Assembly (NCBI GenBank): GCA_048940445.1
Contig: JBHLON010000003.1
Coordinates: 50,626-114,625, forward strand
Direction of reading: 5' to 3'
Length of the DNA: 64,000 nucleotides
Origin: Promethearchaeota archaeon
GTDB taxonomy: Archaea; Asgardarchaeota; Lokiarchaeia; Sigyniarchaeales; SOKP01
In this document: positions 49,449 to 59,043 of the stretch, in pieces
How positions within the stretch are numbered: the first letter of the stretch is position 1
Layout of the letters: each line of letters begins with the position of its first letter
Made by a program: the position numbers and the translations under genes
Notes under the pieces: model-generated
Database searches by the model: none
Told to the model about the DNA's origin: nothing
Seen by the model: the letters and a program-made list of their open reading frames with translations, nothing else

Positions 49449-49997
49449 ATGACAAAAAAAATTGACAATTTAAATGAAAAATCTATAAAAAAGATCATTT
49501 TCATTGGTTTAGATAATGGTGGTAAAACTTCTATAATTTTGAGCTTAAAAGGAATTAATTTAATGTCATTAAACACTTCAAATCCCACAAGAGGAATTGA
49601 AACTTCAAATTTAACGTTAAGTGATGAAAGATTTAATATCTGGGATTTCGGTGGTCAAGAACAATATAGAATTAAACATTTAGAGGAATTTAGAATTAAC
49701 TTCAAAGAAACTGATAAATTGATATATGTTATTGATATCCAAGACCTTGAAAGGTATGACTTGGCAATAAATTATCTAAAAAAAATTTTGAATAAAATAA
49801 ATAAAGGATTTAATCAAATTAAGTTTTCTCTCTTTTTACATAAATACGATCCTAATTTAAAGGAAGTTAAACCTGAAATTACTGATGCTATAGTGGAAGA
49901 TTTAATCTCAAAAATAAAAGAGCTTCTTCCTTCCAAATTTTGGGACGAAATCTATAAAACAACAATTTATACCGTTTTCGAAAGAACAAATGTTTAA
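49449..49997 (+). CDS. Small GTPase (Arf/Rag-like, Asgard type)
   Basis: G1 GLDNGGKTS, G2 PTRG, G3 WDFGGQ, G4 HKYD. Confidence 0.92.
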   Translation: MTKKIDNLNEKSIKKIIFIGLDNGGKTSIILSLKGINLMSLNTSNPTRGIETSNLTLSDERFNIWDFGGQEQYRIKHLEEFRINFKETDKLIYVIDIQDLERYDLAINYLKKILNKINKGFNQIKFSLFLHKYDPNLKEVKPEITDAIVEDLISKIKELLPSKFWDEIYKTTIYTVFERTNV

Positions 49998-50062
49998 AAA
50001 AGTAATTAATAACATAATACTTTAATATATAATATAAATTTTCAAACTCCTTTAAAGATAAC

Positions 50063-52705
50063 ATGAACAAATTATATGAAAGAAAGAAATCTCATTTAGA
50101 CTATTACATTTTCTTTTTAATCCTAATTCTTATAATCTTAACAAGTTTCTATAGTTATTTGCTATTTCATACTCTTGCTGAATTTTTTAGTATTGTAATA
50201 AAAATTACAATATTCTCTATTTTATGGAATTCAAGAGAACATCTAGATAATTCATTCTTTTTAGTTGTGGGTTTATCTTTTATATTTATAGGATTTATAG
50301 ACTTACTCCACACATTAGCCTATACTGGAATGAATATTTTCTTTGGTTATGGTACCAATCTTCCTACGCAATTATGGATAGCCGCGAGGTATTTGCAAGC
50401 AATAACATTTTTAATAGCTTCTTTAGTTTTAAGGAAAACAGTCAACGGAAACTATTTCCTCATTGGATTCTCTCTTTACACAGGATTAATTATAACATTT
50501 ATTTTTATGGGAATATTCCCAGTATGCTATATAGATCCAAATTTAGGATTAACACCTTTTAAAATAATAAGTGAATATGTTATCGACACTATATTAATAA
50601 TAACTATTTATATACTGTATAGGAAGCGTTCCACTTTTGATAAGAACATATTCTTTTTAATCATCAGCTCAATGATCATAACTATAGCTTCCGAGTTATC
50701 ATTTACATTATATACTACTGCTGTTGGCATCCCCAATTTAATTGGTCATATCTTTAAAATTATGGCTTTTTTTCTATTATATAAAGCAATAATTAGTATA
50801 GGATTAAAAAATCCAATTGATCTTTTATACCGAAAATTAAAATTGAGCGAAGAGAAGTATAGACTATTTGTAGAGAGTGCCCATGAAGGCATTTGGGTAA
50901 TCGATAAAAATGCTTATACTACCTATATCAATAAAAGAATAATGGAAATTCTGGGATACTCTGAACAAGAAATGATTGGAAAACATTTATTTGTTTTTAT
51001 GGATAAGGAAAATATTGAAAGATCCAAGTATTATTTGAAAAGGAGACAACAAGGTATTAAAGAACAACATGATTTTGAATTTTTACATAAAAATGGTAAA
51101 AAAGTTTATACTAGATTAGAAACAGCACCCTTTCTTGATGAAAAACAAGAGTATGATGGTGCAATTGCTTTTATATCAGATATAACAGAAAAAAAAAAAG
51201 CAGAAGAAGCACTCATCAACAGTGAAAAAAAATATCGCAATTTAGTTGAGAATATACCCAACGTAATTTATTCAACTTTGGCAAATGAAAGAAGGACTGT
51301 AATCTTTATTTCAGATTTGTGGAAAGTATGGACGGGTATAACTCCAGAAGAACATTATAATGATGAGAACATGTGGCTAAAAATCATTCATCCTGAGGAT
51401 CGAGATAAAATAAAGAAGCAATTTCATGAAAATATTTCTTCAAAAAGAGGATATGATCTAGAATATCGTGCAATTCATAAGGATACAGAGGAAGTGTTTT
51501 ATTTAAGAGACCAAGGAGTCCCTATTGAGGATGAAACAGGTAAAATAATTCGATATGATGGAATTATCTCAAATATAACTTTACAAAAAAAATTTGAAAA
51601 AGCTCTAAAGAAAAGCGAAAGTGAATTGAAGGAAATTGTAAAAGAGATAACATGCTTATATCGAATTTCAGGTTTCGCTTCTAGCTTTAACAAGGATGAA
51701 TCGGATTTATTTAAAGAAATTCTTGAAATACTTCCCTCAGCGTTTCAATTTCCAGAAAGAACATACGCAAGAATCATATTTGATGGACAAGAATTTAGTT
51801 CTAAAAATTTTAAATTCTCTGATTGGAATATAAAAGCAGATATTAAAGTACATGATAAAAAAATGGGTTTAGTTGAAATATTTCTACACAACAATATTCC
51901 TAAGTCTAATGAGAAACCTTTTTTAAAAGAAGAAGAGGATTTAAATCGTGCAATTGCTGAAATAATCAGTAGATTTATAGAACATAAAAAAGCCGAACAA
52001 AAATTAGAGCAATTTGTATCTACTGTGTCGCATGAATTACGTAATCCTATAGCGGTTTTAATGATGTCGTTAAATTACTTAAATAAATACAAAGAAAATA
52101 TTACAGATGAGCAAAAAGGTAGTTTAATGCGTGGAATCATAAGAAACGTTAATTTACTTAATGAATTAGTTAATGATCTTCTAACATTATCAAGAATAGA
52201 AGAGAAAAAAATGGTGTTAGAATGGAAGATTTATTCACCTCCTGAGATGGTCTCTGAAGTTCTGGACTTAATGGAACCAAACTTTAGATCAAAAGATATT
52301 ATAATAGAATTGGATATAAAAAAAGATCTAATGTTAATGGGAGATGTTAATATTGTTAAACAAATTTTTAGAATCTTCATAGATAACGCTTGCAAATATT
52401 CTGAGAGGGGATCTAAAATCGTCATTAAAGCTATTGATCAATATTTTGGAAAGTTTAATCCTGAAAGAAAAGATGGAATTCTATTTCAAATTATAGATTT
52501 TGGAATAGGAATACATAAAGAGGATATTCCTTTTATTTTCGATAGATTTTATCGAGCCAACTCGGTCAAAGATATACCCGGAACGGGACTTGGATTGACA
52601 ATAGCAAAAGAGTTGATTCAGCTTCATCAAGGAAAAGTATATGTTGAAAGCGAATTTGGAAATGGAACGATTTTTTCAATTTTTTTTCCAAAGATTCAAA
52701 TTTAA
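50063..52705 (+). CDS. MASE3-PAS-PAS sensor histidine kinase
   Basis: SYLLFHTLAE/DLLHTLAY membrane domain, PAS/PAC, SHELRNP, N box, DFGIGI, GTGLGL. Confidence 0.95.
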   Translation: MNKLYERKKSHLDYYIFFLILILIILTSFYSYLLFHTLAEFFSIVIKITIFSILWNSREHLDNSFFLVVGLSFIFIGFIDLLHTLAYTGMNIFFGYGTNLPTQLWIAARYLQAITFLIASLVLRKTVNGNYFLIGFSLYTGLIITFIFMGIFPVCYIDPNLGLTPFKIISEYVIDTILIITIYILYRKRSTFDKNIFFLIISSMIITIASELSFTLYTTAVGIPNLIGHIFKIMAFFLLYKAIISIGLKNPIDLLYRKLKLSEEKYRLFVESAHEGIWVIDKNAYTTYINKRIMEILGYSEQEMIGKHLFVFMDKENIERSKYYLKRRQQGIKEQHDFEFLHKNGKKVYTRLETAPFLDEKQEYDGAIAFISDITEKKKAEEALINSEKKYRNLVENIPNVIYSTLANERRTVIFISDLWKVWTGITPEEHYNDENMWLKIIHPEDRDKIKKQFHENISSKRGYDLEYRAIHKDTEEVFYLRDQGVPIEDETGKIIRYDGIISNITLQKKFEKALKKSESELKEIVKEITCLYRISGFASSFNKDESDLFKEILEILPSAFQFPERTYARIIFDGQEFSSKNFKFSDWNIKADIKVHDKKMGLVEIFLHNNIPKSNEKPFLKEEEDLNRAIAEIISRFIEHKKAEQKLEQFVSTVSHELRNPIAVLMMSLNYLNKYKENITDEQKGSLMRGIIRNVNLLNELVNDLLTLSRIEEKKMVLEWKIYSPPEMVSEVLDLMEPNFRSKDIIIELDIKKDLMLMGDVNIVKQIFRIFIDNACKYSERGSKIVIKAIDQYFGKFNPERKDGILFQIIDFGIGIHKEDIPFIFDRFYRANSVKDIPGTGLGLTIAKELIQLHQGKVYVESEFGNGTIFSIFFPKIQI

Positions 52706-52778
52706 ATATTGAAAAATCTTAAATAATGATTCAATAAATATAAAAATTAAGACATCCATTTTAATGTAGGGCTTATTA

Positions 52779-53672
52779 ATGAAACCCCTAATCATGATTG
52801 TAGAGGATAATGTGGATCTCCTTTATGCTATTAAATTGACTTTAGAAGCTAATAAATTTCGAGTAATTTCAGCTAAAAATGGAAGGGAAGCACTCGATCT
52901 TATTTCACAATCATATAATCCTCCTGAAGTTATAATAAGTGACATTATAATGCCCGATATAGATGGATACGAATTCTTTACAGAAGTTTCAAAAAACCCG
53001 AGATTAAATCAAATTCCTTTTATCTTCCTAACAGCTAAATCGTCTCCAGAAGATATTCGTTTCGGTAAACTATTAGGAGTAGATGACTATTTAACGAAAC
53101 CCTTTAATGAAGATGATTTATTAGCTGTTATTTCCGGTAAAATAGCAAGAAATGAGAAAAGAAAAAATATAAAAGAAAAGATGGAAGTAATCTTATCGTC
53201 TCTTGATATTGAACCTTCAATTTCAATGGATGATCAAGAAAAAATTTTTTTGCTCTTAATGTATTGGGATGATAAATATGGTCCAAAATTACAAGATCAT
53301 TACCCTAAAACTAATATACTTTCTGTATCTTTTGAAGATATTGGAAATCAGCTTTTTCAGGCAACATTATTTATATATGGGCATGGAAAAATCACGAATG
53401 CCGAAGGAATTCTTTTAAATCTTGAAAACATCAAAATGTCTGGTTATGCTTACTTCGATTCATATCCCGCAGAACATGAACGATTTGGTCAAAAGCAATA
53501 TATGTTAGCTGTTATTGCACCAAATATTAGTTATTTTCATTCTTTAAAGATAAAGGCAATATTTAACCAAATTTCAAGAAGAATAAATAGTAAAATGAAA
53601 ATTGATCTCAAAGCTTTATGGACAGAAATTACTACTATCCTAACTTCAAGTATAATTCCTTTGAATCCTTGA
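52779..53672 (+). CDS. Response regulator receiver with C-terminal longin/uDENN-like domain
   Basis: VEDN, SDIIMP..DG, FLTAK, YLTKPF; C-terminal LLLMYWDDKYGPKLQDHYP. Confidence 0.85.
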   Translation: MKPLIMIVEDNVDLLYAIKLTLEANKFRVISAKNGREALDLISQSYNPPEVIISDIIMPDIDGYEFFTEVSKNPRLNQIPFIFLTAKSSPEDIRFGKLLGVDDYLTKPFNEDDLLAVISGKIARNEKRKNIKEKMEVILSSLDIEPSISMDDQEKIFLLLMYWDDKYGPKLQDHYPKTNILSVSFEDIGNQLFQATLFIYGHGKITNAEGILLNLENIKMSGYAYFDSYPAEHERFGQKQYMLAVIAPNISYFHSLKIKAIFNQISRRINSKMKIDLKALWTEITTILTSSIIPLNP

Positions 53673-53691
53673 TTTCTCCTTGCTCTTAATT

Positions 53692-54630
53692 TTAATCTTC
53701 AAACAAGTCTGTTGATAAGTATCTCTCTCCGGTATCAGGTAAAATTATTACGATATTTTCACCTTTCTTAAACTTTTTTGAAACTATATGAATACCTGCC
53801 CATGTTGCAGCCCCACTAGAGACACCTACAAAAATTCCTTCTAATTTAGCTAATTTTCTTGAGGTTTCTACGGCATCTTCATATTCAACTTGAATTATTT
53901 CATCATAAATTTCAGTGTTTAATACATCAGGTATAAACCCTGCACCAATCCCTTGAATTTTGTGAGGGCCTGGTTCACCTCCAGATAACACAGGAGAATC
54001 TTTTGGCTCTACGGCATAAATTTTTATACTTGGCCCGATTTTCTTTTTAAGCATTTCACCAACACCCGTAATTGTTCCTCCAGTTCCTATTCCTGCTATA
54101 AATCCATCAACTTTCCCTTCTAGATCATTGTATATTTCATTTGCAGTAGTTATACGGTGTATTTGAGGATTAGCTTCATTTTTAAATTGTTGAGGTATGA
54201 ATACTTTGTCTTTTTCTTTAGATAACTCTTCGGCCTTTTCAATAGCACCTTTCATTCCTTTAGCGGCTGGAGTCAAGACTAATTCAGCTCCATATGCTTT
54301 TAAAATCTTCCTTCTTTCAACGGACATGCTCTCAGGCATAGTAAGAATTAATTTATAACCTTTGGCAGCGCAAACTAAAGCTAAACCAATTCCTGTGTTA
54401 CCTGATGTTGGTTCAATAATTATTGTATCTCTTTTTAAAATATTAGCCTTTTCAGCCGCTTCAATCATAGCCATACAAATCCTATCCTTAACACTAGAAC
54501 CAGGATTGAAAGCTTCAATTTTTACAAAAATATTTGGTTCTATTCCTTCAGTAACTTTATTAAGTTTTACTAAGGGCGTATTTCCTATTGTTTCAATTAT
54601 GTTATCATATACTTTCATTATTTTAAGCAC
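53692..54630 (-). CDS. cysK: Cysteine synthase A
   Basis: [40 protein letters not shown]. Confidence 0.97.
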   Translation of the reverse strand: MLKIMKVYDNIIETIGNTPLVKLNKVTEGIEPNIFVKIEAFNPGSSVKDRICMAMIEAAEKANILKRDTIIIEPTSGNTGIGLALVCAAKGYKLILTMPESMSVERRKILKAYGAELVLTPAAKGMKGAIEKAEELSKEKDKVFIPQQFKNEANPQIHRITTANEIYNDLEGKVDGFIAGIGTGGTITGVGEMLKKKIGPSIKIYAVEPKDSPVLSGGEPGPHKIQGIGAGFIPDVLNTEIYDEIIQVEYEDAVETSRKLAKLEGIFVGVSSGAATWAGIHIVSKKFKKGENIVIILPDTGERYLSTDLFED

Positions 54631-54657
54631 TCTTTTATTTTAATTTTAAAATTCAAA

Positions 54658-55503
54658 TTAAATTCCTCCCCCATAATTTCCATAGAATATCTCTATTTCA
54701 TCCTGTCGTTTGTCCGAAGATATTGAAAAAGTGGTCTCTAAATGTTTAATTCTTTTTTCTAAACTTGAGAGTGCTATTGAAATAGGATCAGGTAAATCCC
54801 CATGTCTTAAATCAATTTTCTCAATTTTCTCTCCTTTTCGGGATATAACTTTCCCAGGCACTCCAACAACTACTGAATTTGGTGGAACATCTTCAACGAC
54901 CACTGAATTTGCTCCTATTCTTACATTGTCTCCTATCGTAACAGGTCCTAATATTTTCGCTCCAGTGCCAATCACTACATCATTACCAATAGTTGGATGA
55001 CGTTTTCCCTTTTCTAGTCTAGTGCCTCCAAGTACTACTCCAGCATATATCGTAACATTATTACCAATAATGCTGGTCTCACCAATAACTACGCTTCCTC
55101 CATGATCGATGAAGAAATCACTTCCAATTTTCGCTCCTGGATGAATTTCAATACCGCTAAGATCTCGAGAAATCTCTGAAAGATACCTTGGTACAAAAGG
55201 CATTTTAATTTTCCAGAAAAAATGTGCTATACGATGCATCAAAATGGCCTTGATTCCAGGATAGCTAGTTAATACTTCTATTAAGGTGTTAGCAGCAGGA
55301 TCTTTATTAAAAGCAGCGTTTACATCGGAGATAAAGAAATCCAAAATTCTTTGCAGATTCTCATTGATTTCTTTGTGATTTATATCTTCTGATTTGAAAT
55401 CTAATTTTAGCATACATTCTGTGCATTCACTATGAAATTTTGCGGCTTTGACTCCTAATTTCTTACCACAATTCAAACATCTTATAAATTCTTCGGTTTT
55501 CAT
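54658..55503 (-). CDS. cysE: Serine O-acetyltransferase with N-terminal Cys4 extension
   Basis: DPAA, YPG..A...[29 protein letters not shown]. Confidence 0.95.
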   Translation of the reverse strand: MKTEEFIRCLNCGKKLGVKAAKFHSECTECMLKLDFKSEDINHKEINENLQRILDFFISDVNAAFNKDPAANTLIEVLTSYPGIKAILMHRIAHFFWKIKMPFVPRYLSEISRDLSGIEIHPGAKIGSDFFIDHGGSVVIGETSIIGNNVTIYAGVVLGGTRLEKGKRHPTIGNDVVIGTGAKILGPVTIGDNVRIGANSVVVEDVPPNSVVVGVPGKVISRKGEKIEKIDLRHGDLPDPISIALSSLEKRIKHLETTFSISSDKRQDEIEIFYGNYGGGI

Positions 55504-55645
55504 TCTGTCATATTTTAGATTATCTTAATAATGAAAATAAATTCACTACAAACAAATAAGTTTTGTTTATAAATCATAAAAGTTTATCATCTTTTTTTTA
55601 ATATGAATAATATAATAACTCAAAATGAAACTTAAATGAAAACAA

Positions 55646-56827
55646 GTGAGGAAAACTATGAGTGTAAATTGGCAAAAAATAAGAAATGAACAATTTCCAT
55701 CTTTAAAAAAAATAACTTATATTATGGCAGGATCTGCATCTCCCTTAAGTATGGAAGCATATAGGAGAGGTGTATCTTATTTTGAAGATATGTTGTATTA
55801 TGGTGACATTCATTATGACGATTTTATTGAACAGGTTGAGCAAACTAGAAAAAATGTTGCTGAATATCTTAATGTTAAACCAGAAAATATAGCTTTTTTG
55901 ACAAATACTTCATCAGGGATGAATATTGTTGCTAGATTTTTAGAAAATGGTGAATTTTTATATCCCTCAATCGAATTTCCTGCTTCTGTGCATATTTTTA
56001 AGCGCTTAAAGTTTCCAAGTATAAAAGTAAACGATACAAACCATCGCTATTTAATTGAAAATTTCAATCAATATATATCAGATAAGACTAAATATATCAT
56101 CCATAGCCACGTCCAATCACTCACAGGATTTAGGCAAGATCTTAAAAAACTAGGTGCATTTTGCGAAGAATATCATATACTTAATATAATAAATGCAACC
56201 CAGTCATTTTGTTCTTTTAATATTGATACAAAAAATTCTAATATTGATATCCTTACTGCTAATCCATTAAAATGGGGTGCATGTGGCTATGGAGTAGGAA
56301 TTCTCTATATGAATCCTACTCTTTTAAGTGAAAAAGAGATTCCATTTTCTAGTTGGTTAAGTGTTGCTGATCCTTTTTATTTAAATAATGAAAATATTAA
56401 TGTAATTAACAAAGTAAAGTATATGGATGCTTTTGGAGGGTGCTCTAACATTCCAGCACTTCTATCGTTTACTGGTAGTCTAGATTTAATTAAATATCAA
56501 ATAGGGAAAGGTAAGATTAAGGATGGTATTAAAAGAATCCAAGAAAGAATCATTCATTTAACAGATATTTTCCTTGAAGAGATTAAAGCTTATAATATTA
56601 AGATAATAACACCTTTAGAAACTGAATTTAGATCAGGAATAATTACTCTCGAACACCAAAAAGCAGAGAAAATTTATAATGACTTAGTAAAAAATCAGAT
56701 TTATATTACCTTGAAACGTTATCCAAATGTTCCCGAACAAACATTACTTCGATTTGCTTTTCATTACTATAATAACGAAAACGATATTAAGAGAGTAATG
56801 AAAGTTTTTAGAATCCTAAATATATAA
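55646..56827 (+). CDS. PLP-dependent aminotransferase class V fold protein
   Basis: NTSSG, EFP, NATQS, PLKW (PLP Lys), RSGII, RFAFHYYN. Confidence 0.85.
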   Translation: MRKTMSVNWQKIRNEQFPSLKKITYIMAGSASPLSMEAYRRGVSYFEDMLYYGDIHYDDFIEQVEQTRKNVAEYLNVKPENIAFLTNTSSGMNIVARFLENGEFLYPSIEFPASVHIFKRLKFPSIKVNDTNHRYLIENFNQYISDKTKYIIHSHVQSLTGFRQDLKKLGAFCEEYHILNIINATQSFCSFNIDTKNSNIDILTANPLKWGACGYGVGILYMNPTLLSEKEIPFSSWLSVADPFYLNNENINVINKVKYMDAFGGCSNIPALLSFTGSLDLIKYQIGKGKIKDGIKRIQERIIHLTDIFLEEIKAYNIKIITPLETEFRSGIITLEHQKAEKIYNDLVKNQIYITLKRYPNVPEQTLLRFAFHYYNNENDIKRVMKVFRILNI

Positions 56828-56935
56828 GAAATTCAAATTGACTTCAAATTTTCTTCGAAGTATGAATGAACTTCATTTTTAAAAACTTTATTTTGAATTA
56901 AAATATAATATGAACTAGAAAAAAATACAAAGAAT

Positions 56936-58810
56936 GTGGTAAAAATGGAATTTGGTTATAGTGGCAATATTTTAAGAGTTAATCTTTCAACAAACAAAAT
57001 TTCTATTGAACATCCAGAGGAACTTTTTTATAGAAAGTATATTGGAGGAGAAGGATTCGTAGCATATTTTCTTCTTAAAGAAACACAAAAGGGATTAAAT
57101 CCATTAAGCGATAAAAATAAGTTAATTTTTGCTACTGGGCCTTTAACTGGAACGAATATTCCCGGTACGGGACGAAACAGCATAGGTGCTAAATCTCCTT
57201 TAACAGGAGCTATTGGAGTATCTGAAGTAGGTGGATATTGGGGAGCTGAGTTAAAGCATGCGGGATATGATGTGATCATTATTGAAGGTAAAGCACATGA
57301 ACCAAAATATCTCTGGATTCATGACAAAGAAGTTCAAATAAAACCAGCTGGTCATTTATGGGGTAAAGTCACAGGAGATACACAGAAATTAATTCTAAAG
57401 GAATTAGAAGATAAGTACATCCGTGTGGCAAGCATTGGTAAAGCAGGTGAAAATCTAGTGCGATATGCTTGCATTATTAATGATTATAGAAATGCTGCGG
57501 GACGTAGTGGAATGGGAGCAGTTATGGGGTCAAAGAATTTAAAAGCAATTGCTATTAGGGGTAGTAATAAGCCAAGAGTAAATAATAAAGAGAAAATCAA
57601 GCAAATCCTAAAAGATAGCTATGACATCTTTAAAGGATATAGTCAATATTTTGCCTTTGGTACCGGAGGAAATCGAATGGAAGAATTTGCATTATCAGGA
57701 AATTTACCTACCAGAAATTTTAGAGATGGGAAATTCAAGGATGCAAAATTATTAGATCCTGCTATTTTTAGTGAAAAAATTAATTTAAAAAGAGAAACTT
57801 GTTATGCTTGTCCAATTCGATGCAAAAAAGTTGTTTCTATAAATAGCCCAAATCAAATAGATCCAACATATGGAGGGCCAGAGTACGAAACTATTGCTGC
57901 TTTTGGTTCAAATTGTGGTATCAATGACCCGCTAGCAATTTGCAAGGCAAATGAATTATGTAATAAATACTCTTTAGATACAATTTCAGCAGGGGTTTCG
58001 ATAAGTTTTGCAATGGAGTGTTATGAAAATGGAATATTCACAAAAGAAGATACAAATGGATTAAAATTGAATTTCGGAAATGTTCAAAGTATGTTGAAGT
58101 TATTAGAAATGATTGGAAATCGTGAGGGTTTGGGTGATTTATTAGCTAAAGGTGTTAAAAAAGCAGCAGAAAAAATAGGAAATGGAGCTCATAGATTTGC
58201 TATTCATGTCAAAGGTCAAGAAGTTCCTATGCATGAACCGCGCTTAAAACATGGTTTAGGAATCGGATATGCACTGTCCCCAACTGGAGCAGAACATATG
58301 AAAAATTTTCATGATACTGGATTAACAAATCAGGATCGAATGCAAGGTTTTGCTACTTTTAGTATTTTTGATGCTCTGCCCTTAGATGATTTAAGCTCAA
58401 AAAAGATTAAAACTCTAATTTATCTAACTAATTGGAGAGCGGTGGAAAATAGTCTATTGTTTTGCTTCTTTATGCCGTTTAGTATTAATCAAGAGGCTGA
58501 ATTGGTAAAGGCAGTTACTAATTGGGATGTATCTACTTGGGAGTTAATGAAACTAGGAGAGAGGATAAATATTATGGAGAGAATGTTCAATATTAGAGAG
58601 GGATTTAATAGAAATGACGATTGGCTCCCTACAAGATTCTTTAAACCACACACTTCAGGAGCACTAAAAGAGATTTCTATAGATCCAAAAAAGTTTGAAA
58701 ATGCGAGGAATATTTATTATAATATTATGGGTTGGAATCAAGATGGTATACCTACTCGTATTAAGCTTAATGAGCTTGACATTGAGTGGATTAATTTTGA
58801 TTCAAAATGA
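56936..58810 (+). CDS. aor: Aldehyde:ferredoxin oxidoreductase (tungsten)
   Basis: GYSGNILRVNL, AKSPLTG, AGRSGMGAVMGSKNLKA, CYACPIRC, GPEYET, LDTISAG. Confidence 0.93.
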   Translation: MVKMEFGYSGNILRVNLSTNKISIEHPEELFYRKYIGGEGFVAYFLLKETQKGLNPLSDKNKLIFATGPLTGTNIPGTGRNSIGAKSPLTGAIGVSEVGGYWGAELKHAGYDVIIIEGKAHEPKYLWIHDKEVQIKPAGHLWGKVTGDTQKLILKELEDKYIRVASIGKAGENLVRYACIINDYRNAAGRSGMGAVMGSKNLKAIAIRGSNKPRVNNKEKIKQILKDSYDIFKGYSQYFAFGTGGNRMEEFALSGNLPTRNFRDGKFKDAKLLDPAIFSEKINLKRETCYACPIRCKKVVSINSPNQIDPTYGGPEYETIAAFGSNCGINDPLAICKANELCNKYSLDTISAGVSISFAMECYENGIFTKEDTNGLKLNFGNVQSMLKLLEMIGNREGLGDLLAKGVKKAAEKIGNGAHRFAIHVKGQEVPMHEPRLKHGLGIGYALSPTGAEHMKNFHDTGLTNQDRMQGFATFSIFDALPLDDLSSKKIKTLIYLTNWRAVENSLLFCFFMPFSINQEAELVKAVTNWDVSTWELMKLGERINIMERMFNIREGFNRNDDWLPTRFFKPHTSGALKEISIDPKKFENARNIYYNIMGWNQDGIPTRIKLNELDIEWINFDSK

Positions 58811-59043
58811 TAAAGAAATAAATTCGATTTTTTATTATTTGCTGTATGTAATTCTTACAAACGCTAATTATAAAGCTACATTGAATGAGTTTTATGAATA
58901 GATCATTATATTTGAATCTATAATAATTATAAAAAATCAAAGGCATATACTAATATATAAATAGATGTGTCTTTACTTCAGTTATAGAAGATTAAAATAT
59001 CATTCTGCAGAAGAATAGAAAAGAATCTTCCAAGGTATTCTCT

